DNA of 53,052 nucleotides from a bacterium (GTDB lineage Bacteria; Patescibacteriota; Saccharimonadia; Saccharimonadales; SZUA-47): NCBI GenBank assembly GCA_009923445.1, contig RFTN01000005.1, positions 1 to 53,052 of the forward strand, read 5' to 3'. Shown piece by piece: positions 41,454 to 49,096 of this stretch (position 1 is its first letter; each line of letters starts with the position of its first letter). The notes under the pieces were generated by a model. It saw only the letters and a program-made list of their open reading frames with translations, ran no database searches and was not told where the DNA came from. The position numbers and the translations under genes were made by a program.

Positions 41454-43247
41454 TCAAATGCAACAAACTTTTTCTTGTAAATGTTTGTATGTATATCCAT
41501 TGTATGCCTTGCCTGTAGCCAATGCTTTAGACAAAGACTTATTTCCAACATTAAGAGTAGTTTGACAGTCATGTATAGATCTAAACTCATTTATTAACAC
41601 ACCAGATTGATCAAATTGTCCAATTCCATTTTTGTACAATACAATACGTTCTTTGCCAAGTTTAGCTAAAAATGCTTTTTGCAAGTCCTCACTTATCGTA
41701 TCGTACAATACGTAGTAATTTTGATTGACAGCCTTTCTTTGCTTCACAAAGTAATCCAAATAAGCAACGCTGCCAAATTTATTTTGTATACTTGCTGTTT
41801 TTCTGTCCAGGTATACGTTTAGGATCTCTGTTTTTTCATTGTTTAGCTTTGCAATGTAACCCACATTTTGTTTTTTTTGGAGATGTTTTGTTGGATGTAC
41901 ATCTACGACAACGTTTGGATTATTGTCTCTGTCTACAAAAACCCATCTAAAGTTCTTGTAAATAGTGTTTTCTTTGATAGCTTTTGCAATACTAGAACGT
42001 GGTACATTTGTTGTTTTGCACACCTCGCTTATATTCTCGTACACACGTACAAGAGCAAATGTTTCTGGATTCAATTGTTGTACATATGGACCAATCGTTT
42101 GTAGTGGTTCTCCGAAATTATTTGTTGTCCTGGGTGGTTGCATAGCTTGTGTAATACACGTCACAATTTCGTCTTTCAATTGTGCAAAACACGTGACAAT
42201 TTCGTTTTTCAGAACATTGACCAGAGCAGAAGTATTTCGATTATCCAAGTTCGTTTGAATTGTATACCCCTTTTCCTTTTCAAGTTCAAGCGCCCTCACC
42301 TGAAGTCTTAGTCGTTCAATCTCCATGTAAGCTTTGTTCAATTCCAATTGATCATCATTGTAAGCTGCAATGTTCTTATCGACCAATTCAAGTATACTCA
42401 AGTAACTCGATTCCTTTCCCACTAAAAACAACTCTGTCTCATTTTCGTGACCTTGCAATTCTTTGTACCTAAACGCCCTTAACCTTGAATGAAGAAACGT
42501 CTCAAAATCCTTGCATCGTTTTACTGGAAAGCAATCCAATATCAAACATTCTGGGTACTTTGATTTATGTTCATTGTATCTTGCATCTATTCCTCGTCTC
42601 GACTCACCAATTTTAATAATATACGCACCATCAAGTGTTTTCACTTTAATAATGTACACAATATTACAATCGTGGCTGTATTCTTGTAAAATGAGGTTGT
42701 GCTTGTGCTTTGCACTCTCTTCTATGACTTCCGCAAGTTGCTGGTCCTTCACAACGAGTTGCTGGTCCTTAACTTCCAATAGCATACATTGCTCACTTAA
42801 CTCTTCTTTTAAAGTTTCAAAAAATACCTTTTCCATCTGTAAAAAGTACTTTCGTATTTCCTTACTTTTGTCCGTACCTGACAGCATACACAATTCTTTA
42901 AACGTATCAACAGTAAGCAACACTGTTTCTTTGTTAAACCCGCCTTCATTTTTGCGCCTTGCCGGGGTGGAAAGCGCGACTTTATAATCTGCATCATTTT
43001 TAAAATGTTTCATAATTGCCCTTTTACAATGACCTTTTTGACTAAACCCTAACCATTCCCATACGTTATCCATATCAATCACAAAGTCTTTTTCCGGATC
43101 ATAGTTCAAATAGCAATAAAAACTTGAAACGAATAGCCGTTGCTCGTCAGCTTTAAAGTATTGTTGTACCCTTTGTACAAAACGATTCTGTGACTGTCCA
43201 TTTAGATGTTTCAGTGGATTGCGCTTTACTAGCTCAACCAAGTCCAT
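41454..43247 (-). CDS. Selfish nuclease-like protein: MSV199/Bro-N-like N-terminus, T5orf172 (GIY-YIG superfamily) domain, C-terminal NUMOD-like HTH repeats
   Basis: 597 aa. It has DFVIDMDNVWEWLGFSQKGHCKRAIMKHF..DADYKV, then NIVYIIKVKTLDGAYIIKIGESRRGIDARYNEHKSKY...FETFLHSRL, then two copies of ...(F)xSIxxxxxTTNVxxSSIxKAIxxxxxYKNFxW-like modules. Confidence 0.65.
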   Translation of the reverse strand: MDLVELVKRNPLKHLNGQSQNRFVQRVQQYFKADEQRLFVSSFYCYLNYDPEKDFVIDMDNVWEWLGFSQKGHCKRAIMKHFKNDADYKVALSTPARRKNEGGFNKETVLLTVDTFKELCMLSGTDKSKEIRKYFLQMEKVFFETLKEELSEQCMLLEVKDQQLVVKDQQLAEVIEESAKHKHNLILQEYSHDCNIVYIIKVKTLDGAYIIKIGESRRGIDARYNEHKSKYPECLILDCFPVKRCKDFETFLHSRLRAFRYKELQGHENETELFLVGKESSYLSILELVDKNIAAYNDDQLELNKAYMEIERLRLQVRALELEKEKGYTIQTNLDNRNTSALVNVLKNEIVTCFAQLKDEIVTCITQAMQPPRTTNNFGEPLQTIGPYVQQLNPETFALVRVYENISEVCKTTNVPRSSIAKAIKENTIYKNFRWVFVDRDNNPNVVVDVHPTKHLQKKQNVGYIAKLNNEKTEILNVYLDRKTASIQNKFGSVAYLDYFVKQRKAVNQNYYVLYDTISEDLQKAFLAKLGKERIVLYKNGIGQFDQSGVLINEFRSIHDCQTTLNVGNKSLSKALATGKAYNGYTYKHLQEKVCCI

Positions 43248-43406
43248 TTATCATCATATGTACACTTGTTTTTAAATTAAATCGCAAATCTTCAATTACA
43301 TATTGATGTGCATGCAACGTGCAAATAGGTTTGCGCTTCGCACCAGGTGGAGCGCGGGGACAGTGTACACGGTTCATCGCATAAAAAAATTGCATTTTCC
43401 GTGTCA

Positions 43407-43444
43407 TTTTATGGTCTTTTTATGGTCTTTTTATGGTCTTTTTA
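43407..43444. repeat. 12-bp tandem repeat x3 (TTTTATGGTCTT) in the MCP 3' flank
   Basis: Read directly from the sequence. It lies between the MCP stop (43503) and the downstream gene start (43247). Confidence 0.85.
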
Positions 43445-43502
43445 CTTGTGTAATCGTAACAAATAAAAAAACGTATATAAAATGTATGCTAGACCACCTA
43501 TC

Positions 43503-44364
43503 CTAATTACTGTATGCAAGTCCGCCCATGCCTGACATCACTCTGAGGACGTTGTAGTTGACTGCATAAACACGCAATTGGCATCCAGAGGAAGTGACAC
43601 CAGACCACAAGGTCAACAGCAAAGTGGCATTGTCAATGCGGGACATGTTGACCGTGCCGCTAGGCTGATGCTGTTCGGGGTTCAGTGCAAAGGAATACAC
43701 ATAGATACCAGTGGAGGGAATTCTGGTGTGGTGTTGGTAGGGTTGCACCAAGTTGAAGTAGTCACCATCACGGATGCTGAATCTATCGTGACCGTTCAGT
43801 TGGAGCTTGGCATCAACAACAGACTGAGTGACAGTCAAGTTGGGGTAGCTGCCAGCGCTGTTCACACCATACACAGAGGTATACTTGGATGAAATGTTGG
43901 CATTGGGTTGAGCGACCCAAATGAGTTCCTTGCAAGGATGGTTGAGGGCGAGCTTGCTCTTGACAGATTGGTTGGTGAAGCTTTCAGCACCAGTGTATTG
44001 AAGTTGCTCAATAAGGTATTCGTGTTGAACCTGAGCGAATTGTCTGCGCTCATCCGTATCAAGGTAGATGTAATCAACATACAAGCTGGCATAACCCAAG
44101 CTAGGAACAGAGGAGGGAGCAGTGCCAACAACCAAGCTATCAAAACTAGCAAAAGTAATGTTGAACTTGACTTCGTGATATTGCAGGGCAATAAGAGGAA
44201 GAGCAAGACCAGGATTTCTGCAGAACCAGAATTGAAGAGGAATGTACAAAGTGGTTTCAGGTTTGGCAGAAGCGTCATAGGCAGTAAGAGCATCAGTGTT
44301 ACCAATCATAATGCTATAACCATCCTGCTTTTCAGCTGTTTGAGTAAGTTCGTTCCAAATGTTT
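43503..44364 (-). CDS. MCP: MCP exon 6 (starts with the third base of a Leu codon; includes the stop)
   Basis: A|AAC ATT TGG AAC GAA... reads [24 protein letters not shown]... and continues into the track ORF 43503-44309. It is preceded by the intron-terminal G at 44365. Confidence 0.9.
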
Positions 44365-47300
44365 CGTTCCTGTCATTTTGCCATTTAGGCAGACAGAGTT
44401 GGCGCAGAGGCCAACCTACCCCACCTTTCGGTGTATTTATCTAAAATACTGTTTATTAGATTTGTAAAAGTCATATACATCAATATGGTCCAGTTGATTT
44501 TCTTTTGCAAACTTATATGTTCCTTTGCTTAACCGGTGAAGTGAGGCCTCACCGGTGACCGGAATAATAGTCTACTATTATTTTATTAGACTTTGTCTTA
44601 TTTTCGTGAGGACCAATTGCTGTTTTTAAATCAATTTCAGTATTTTAAGGGACTAGACTATATCTTAAGCAAAGAAGCAAACACTTGCATTCTTTACCCA
44701 CTTCCATGTAGTCGTTGAACCTTTTCCCGCAATGGCAGTGGTACAAGCCACATTTTTTACCATTGGTAGGGAACTTGGCTGCGGATTGCCCAATCCCTAT
44801 CATTTTTACCATTGGCGAAGCCCAACTCCTCCGAGTCGAGCATCGGCGACAAAAGTCGCGTACGGCTATTAACCGTGGTCTTCTTACATATTTCTACATA
44901 AGAATGGTAGATAGGGCTCTAAGGGGTTTCCCGCAATTTGAAAGTGTCGCAAGTCACAACCTGTGACTCACTAGCAACTGTATTATCAACCGATGGATAA
45001 AACAAAGGTGGTGTTGCATCGGTTAAGGAATACTAACTGTTTTCCATCAAACTATCCTTATCGTTTGATGCAGGTTGCTTTTCAGGCCTCACATTTAAGC
45101 CAATCACCATAGTGTTTGTCAATTTGTTGACCACCGATTTCGATGTACACTTCTTGAATCAACATATGGCCCACATTTTCGACCCAAGCGCAAGTGCTTG
45201 AGCCATTGTCCAAAGCAGGGAGTTTGACCTGGAGATAGGTCTTGTGGATCAAGTCACCATTTCTGGAGACCGTGCATGAAACTTTACGCTTTCTGAGCAA
45301 GTTTGCCCAGGTTGACTATGTCAACGTACCCCACCTTTCGGTGTATTTACTTAGGGAATAGACTATATCTTAAGCAAAGAAGCGAACACTTCGCATTCTT
45401 CACCCATCACCGTTTAGTCGTTGAACCTTTTCCCGCAACGCTATTAAACGTTGGTAGGGAACTTGGCTGCGGATTGTCCAATTCTAAGCATTTTTACCAT
45501 TGGCGAAGCCCAACTCTCACGAGCAAGTGAATCGGCAACCAAAGTCGCGTACGGCCATTAACCGTGGTCTTCCTAAATGTTTCCAAATAGGAATGGTAGC
45601 TTAGACTCTAAGGAGATCCCCGCAATTTGATGATGTCGCAATTAAGAAGTCGTTTACAAGCATCGTATGTCTTGCTTAGCTTAGCTTAGCTTCTTCATAC
45701 TTACATTGCTTGCATCGTGGGTTGTATGATGAACCTTTTTATTAAACCCAAGCCATTTGTTTGTTTGTATTTTGTGCACTCTCTACTCATTTACTCATTT
45801 ACTCACACATAAAACAATGCTTTTAAATCAACTCTTAATCACTAGCAACTGTATTATAAACCGATGGATAAAACAAGGGTGGTGCTGAACATCGGTTAAG
45901 GAATACTAACTGTTTTCCATCAAACTATCCTTATCGTTTGATGCAGGTTGCTTTTCACGGCATTAAAGTTTACCGAAATCTACCGTTCCGTTGAAGGTTT
46001 GTTCAATGGATTCGATAGAAAAGTTGGTGTGTCTACGATAGACAACTTTGAAGAAAGTAATTTGAGGATTACCTGTACTTTTCCTCTACCTTATCTTTCG
46101 ACAAGGATTAGACTATATCTTATGAAGAATCTAGAACAAATTCTCCCGAAAACCATTTAGTCGTTGAACCTTCTTCTTTAAAACAACTTAAATTCCTTTT
46201 GGCAATAGATGCATCAACTGATTCATTTCTTACAACCGGAAACAAATTAGACCAATTCCAATAGCGATACTTTTCAGATTCGACGGCCAAATCAAACTCC
46301 GAAACAACGTGACCAATGTCCCAAAACGTACCGTAATTGTCCCAATTCATTTCCGCTGTAAAATTGAACTGCAAATATTCCCTTAAATAATGAATGTTAC
46401 ATCCAATGTAATCCAATGTGTTTGTTTGTGTGCTAATTGATCGTCTTATCTTGGCAGCCAACGATTTTTTCAACCTGTAATGAACATTCTTTTTTCGTTG
46501 TCCTGACAATTTGCCTAAATAGCACGCTCTGCAAACTGTCCTTTTATACAACTGAATACAGTCAGCTGAACTTGCCTTGCATACACAACATACACCAATG
46601 GATACCATTTTCCCTTTTCGTATACAGGAATTTAAATCTTTTAAAGAAACTTGGCTGCTGATTGCCCATTGTTACATCTCATTCATTGTTACCAAAGGCC
46701 GCCTTAGCAGACGTCCCTGTGACAAATACCACTACCCAAGTTGTGTCTTGGCCAGATTTACATCACTGTAAATCCTTGGTAGAATGAGCTTTAGGGGTTC
46801 CCAGCAATTTGATTTTCTCACCAGGGTTTTCCCTGATTAACGTCTGTGGTGCTCGTGTAAGCGTCCACTAAGGGCTTTATGAACATCTTATTTTTTCGAT
46901 GCTCCCCGACATTTTTCTACCCTACAGGCTTTTAAGGTAAATATCTTGCGAATCGACCCCATAATATTTCTACTATGGACAGAGTACACCTTAGGAATCT
47001 TCAAGTTTGGCTAGAACTATCACTAAATCCCGATTGCCGTCTACTCGTTGAACCTTTATCTTACATCTGCCTTTAACGATATAAGACACTTGGCTGCGGA
47101 TTGTCCAATCTTTAACGTTTTTACCATGCCACCGGTCATTACCCTGTGGTATTGTCAAGTATTACTACTGAACAAGTGGTAGTTAAAGCTCTAAGGAGGT
47201 TCCCGCAATTTGACAATCTTGCAAAAAGGGTCTAGGCCCCTTTCACTAGCGAGTTATATAAATTGAATCAGATTCAATTCGTATATTTACACTGTTTACC

Positions 47301-47866
47301 TAGTATGGTGATATACGAACCATACTAGCAGCTCACTGTTGGCACCCAAGATATATTTTCTAAGCGCCATCGGTTTGTCCAATATCTTTCAACATTGGCC
47401 GGACTATATCTTAAGCAATTTGTCTAACAAATTACCCATCTCCATTTAGTCTCTGAACGTTCTCCTTTAATTGTTCTCTTATTAAAGTACCTTTACACTT
47501 GGGGTTAGTCCGATCAACCAGATTTGTATAGAGATAACTTTATGAAGTCAATTCTAAGGAGCTTCGCTGCGGATCGTCCAATCCTTCACATTGTTACCAT
47601 TGGGGACGGCTATTAACCGTGTTCTTCCTATATGTTTCCAAATAGGAATGGTAGTTTAGGCTCTAAGGAGTTTCCCGCAATTTGAAGATGTCGCAAAAAG
47701 GTCCATTGGTCCTTTTCACTAGCCAGTTATATGATGTGGAAAGAGTACAACCACACCCGTATTTTATACTATTTTCCTTGAAGAGTGAATACGGAACTCC
47801 CAAGTAGCTGACTATTGTGCCCTATAGCGCATATAAGGCCACGAGTTGCATAAGTCCACCACCCAT
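43503..47866 (-). CDS. MCP: Major capsid protein gene locus (six exons, five group I introns; spliced CDS 1212 nt = 403 aa)
   Basis: See the exon and intron features. The spliced product is [66 protein letters not shown]...[17 protein letters not shown]...[17 protein letters not shown]...LQLNGHDRF...[28 protein letters not shown]...[11 protein letters not shown], which carries the canonical NCLDV double-jelly-roll MCP motifs. Confidence 0.9.
44365..45097 (-). mobile_element. Group I intron 5 (733 nt)
   Basis: It follows the exon end ...GAUUGGCU and begins UAAAUGUGAGGCC. GGCC pairs with exon GGCU (P1) and AAAUGU pairs with exon 6 ACAUUU (P10). Core motifs CAAAUUGCGGGAAACCCC, CCGCAGCCAAGUUCC, CAACGACUACAUGG and UUAAGAUAUAGUC are present, and it ends in G. 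A ~230-nt extension lies after P7 with strong hairpins (CCGGTGA/TCACCGG, AATAATAGT/ACTATTATT). Confidence 0.85.
45098..45288 (-). CDS. MCP: MCP exon 5
   Basis: CGT AAA GTT TCA... reads [63 protein letters not shown](L). It is 191 nt and ends in CT, the first two bases of Leu. Confidence 0.9.
45289..45971 (-). mobile_element. Group I intron 4 (683 nt)
   Basis: It follows the exon end ...UUCGGU and begins AAACUUUAAUGCCGU. GCCG pairs with CGGU (P1) and AAACUUUA pairs with exon 5 UAAAGUUU (P10). A 68-nt stretch near its 5' end is identical to intron 5. The core motifs are present and it ends in G at 45289. It carries a ~190-nt insertion (about 45646-45838) with microsatellites. Confidence 0.85.
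45972..46077 (-). CDS. MCP: MCP exon 4
   Basis: T|ACA GGT AAT CCT CAA ATT ACT TTC TTC AAA... reads (L)[35 protein letters not shown]. 106 nt. Confidence 0.9.
46078..46934 (-). mobile_element. Group I intron 3 (857 nt) carrying an ORF
   Basis: It begins UAAAAGCCUGUAGGGUAGA. GGGUAGA pairs with exon 3 UUUACCU (P1) and CCUGUA pairs with exon 4 UACAGG (P10). Core motifs CAAAUUGCUGGGAACCCC, CAGCAGCCAAGUUUC, CAACGACUAAAUGG and AUAAGAUAUAGUC are present, and it ends in G at 46078. Confidence 0.85.
46120..46608 (-). CDS. Intron-encoded ORF, putative homing endonuclease (Cys-rich N-terminus, HNH-like C-terminal half)
   Basis: 162 aa, [30 protein letters not shown]...[12 protein letters not shown]...[15 protein letters not shown]... 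It lies between the GCAGCCAAGU element and the P7 5' strand. Its last ~17 codons run through P7/P3'/P8, and its TAA stop is the UAA of the J8/7 UAAGAUAU. Confidence 0.5.
   Translation of the reverse strand: MVSIGVCCVCKASSADCIQLYKRTVCRACYLGKLSGQRKKNVHYRLKKSLAAKIRRSISTQTNTLDYIGCNIHYLREYLQFNFTAEMNWDNYGTFWDIGHVVSEFDLAVESEKYRYWNWSNLFPVVRNESVDASIAKRNLSCFKEEGSTTKWFSGEFVLDSS
46935..46948 (-). CDS. MCP: MCP exon 3, a 14-nt micro-exon (CAAGATATTTACCT = QDIY + CT of Leu)
   Basis: It restores the conserved YGAQDIYLTGNP motif and the reading frame. It is flanked by G|...U| boundaries and is complementary to the guides of introns 2 (P10) and 3 (P1). Confidence 0.7.
46949..47362 (-). mobile_element. Group I intron 2 (414 nt)
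   Basis: It begins UAGAAAAUAUAUCUUGGGUGCC. GGGUGCC pairs with exon 2 GGCGCU plus the first intron U (P1), and AUAUCUUG pairs with exon 3 CAAGAUAU (P10, 8 bp). The core is CAAAUUGCGGGAACCUCC and CCGCAGCCAAGUGUC, with a more diverged P7/J8/7 (CAACGAGUAGACGG, UUAGUGAUAGUUC). It ends in G at 46949. Confidence 0.75.
47363..47370 (-). CDS. MCP: MCP exon 2, an 8-nt micro-exon (ATGGCGCT = the last two bases of Tyr, then Gly and Ala)
   Basis: It is preceded by the terminal G of intron 1. The intron 1 guide GCGCUAU pairs with AUGGCGC (P10, 7 bp) and the intron 2 guide pairs with GGCGCU (P1). It supplies the conserved (Y)GA. Confidence 0.7.
47371..47835 (-). mobile_element. Group I intron 1 (465 nt)
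   Basis: It begins UAUAUGCGCUAUAGGGCAC. GGGCAC pairs with exon 1 GUG(G)CCU (P1). The core is CAAAUUGCGGGAAACUCC, CCGCAGCGAAGCUCC, UCAGAGACUAAAUGG and CUUAAGAUAUAGUCC, followed by a P9-like hairpin CCAAU...AUUGG. It ends in G at 47371. Confidence 0.8.
47836..47866 (-). CDS. MCP: MCP exon 1 (ATG GGT GGT GGA CTT ATG CAA CTC GTG GCC T)
   Basis: It encodes [10 protein letters not shown] plus the first base of Tyr, which fits the conserved NCLDV MCP start M(A/G)GG..QLVAYGAQD. A poly-A/T upstream region is present. Confidence 0.75.
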
Positions 47867-47913
47867 TTTTGTTTTTGTTTTATAATATTACAAAAAGAAA
47901 AAAAAATTCTGAA

Positions 47914-48717
47914 TTAAACTTGAACTTTGCTATTATACCCAATGGCAATGAGCTTGAGTTTTTCCTCTTTTGTTAGGTCAAACTTCAATGGCATCACGTT
48001 TGTGTGGATGTCTATAACGCACCGCGCATATTCAGCTCTATTGTGAGCTCTATGCCTTGTTTCTATGACGCACCTAACAATTCTGTACAAGTAATCAGTA
48101 ATTCCAGAAACTTCTAGATGTTCCGTACTGTCAGCTAATCTTATTCCAAGCGTACACTCTGGATCGCACAAGTGTATAGGGAAACTATCAATAAGCCCTC
48201 CATCTACGTACATGTCACCTTTATATCGTTTTGCAGTGAATACTAATGGGATTCCAAAAGACATTCTAATCGCATTAAGTACCTTTAAATTAGGTGTAGT
48301 TATGTAGTCAAATGCCACAAGTGCGTGTGTTCTTATATTTGCAGCATAACATGTAAACTTTTTCCCGGTCTTTTTATACAATTGCCTAAAGGTAATGTCT
48401 TTGGAATAACCAACAGATTCCACTAAGGATTCTAGAAACGCTGTTATACCATTACCCGTGTCCAATCCATAATTTTTTAGAATACCTTGTATTTGAATGT
48501 CTCCTAGAGTAATCATGTCACAGTCTATCGCAATAGATTCCATTTGCTCAGGCGTGTACCCTAAAACAAACAATAACGCTACAATCGCCCCTGCCGAAAC
48601 CCCAGACACACTCGTGACGTTTCCTAAGAGACCCTGTTCAGAAAGAGTTTTCAGTACACCTATAAACGCTATTCCCTTTACTCCTCCACCAGAAAACAAG
48701 ATATGTGTAAAGGACAT
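47914..48717 (-). CDS. Patatin-like phospholipase
   Basis: 267 aa with the oxyanion motif FSGGGVKGIAFIGV, the nucleophile elbow GVSAGA (GxSxG) and the catalytic Asp motif VDGGL. Confidence 0.85.
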   Translation of the reverse strand: MSFTHILFSGGGVKGIAFIGVLKTLSEQGLLGNVTSVSGVSAGAIVALLFVLGYTPEQMESIAIDCDMITLGDIQIQGILKNYGLDTGNGITAFLESLVESVGYSKDITFRQLYKKTGKKFTCYAANIRTHALVAFDYITTPNLKVLNAIRMSFGIPLVFTAKRYKGDMYVDGGLIDSFPIHLCDPECTLGIRLADSTEHLEVSGITDYLYRIVRCVIETRHRAHNRAEYARCVIDIHTNVMPLKFDLTKEEKLKLIAIGYNSKVQV

Positions 48718-48759
48718 TTAGAACGTTCCCCTAAAAAAATTAACTGGTTTGACCAAACA

Positions 48760-49053
48760 TCAATAAGGATTAGCTTTGTCCGAAACATTACACAAGAATC
48801 TCATGGCTACGCATAAAAATACAATGCACGTAGCATAATAGATCAAGAGTCCAAAGCGCAACGTTCTCCAAAAGTTCTTTTTACCGTCTGTGCTATTCAA
48901 ATAGTTAGGCGATACCAAATTAAGTGGTAAAAATACACACAACGAAAAGAAACTGCACGAAGCTGGATTCATCAAAGGCATAATAAATGGTCCAAAGTTC
49001 GGCCCTCCAAGAAAACAAAACATACTAATTCCCTTTAGAATCACCTGGATCAT
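48760..49053 (-). CDS. Small multi-pass membrane protein (hypothetical)
   Basis: 97-aa ATG ORF with three or four hydrophobic segments. Confidence 0.5.
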   Translation of the reverse strand: MIQVILKGISMFCFLGGPNFGPFIMPLMNPASCSFFSLCVFLPLNLVSPNYLNSTDGKKNFWRTLRFGLLIYYATCIVFLCVAMRFLCNVSDKANPY

Positions 49054-49096
49054 CTTATATTATAATGATAATTTTATTACTAGTTAATTGTGTAAC

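Noticed and set aside
43503-45300. The two MCP-like ORFs (43503-44309, 45082-45300) read as separate small capsid genes or as fragments of a decayed MCP pseudogene.
   Set aside because: Their ends coincide with group I intron boundaries (U|...G|) that have complementary P1/P10 guides. Splicing restores one continuous 403-aa MCP with all conserved motifs and exact frame arithmetic.
43578-46771. Track ORFs in the MCP locus (43578-43892 +, 43862-44305 -, 43908-44444 +, 44715-44966 +, 45303-45530 +, 45948-46160 +, 46437-46661 +, 46577-46771 +).
   Set aside because: They are antisense to, or out of frame with, MCP exons, or they lie inside ribozyme sequence. They have no recognisable motifs, and some start on non-ATG codons.
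47341-47370. An apparent in-frame TAG straight after the conserved MCP residues YGA (sense ...TAT GGC GCT TAG AAA ATA TAT CTT...). It could suggest stop-codon reassignment (TAG=Gln) or a pseudogene.
   Set aside because: The TAG lies just past a group I 5' splice site. The internal guide of intron 2 (GGGUGCC) pairs with GGCGCU+U, and a downstream 14-nt exon supplies CAA GAT ATT TAC CT (QDIYL). Many other genes in the window end in TAA, TGA or TAG, so there is no need to invoke a variant code.
44700-47480. GGTTCAACG-type strings (plus-strand CGTTGAACC) that look superficially like tRNA T-arm/T-loop sequence.
   Set aside because: They recur once per intron next to ACUAAAUGG and form the P7 region of the group I core. 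No cloverleaf can be drawn around them, and I found no tRNA genes in the window.
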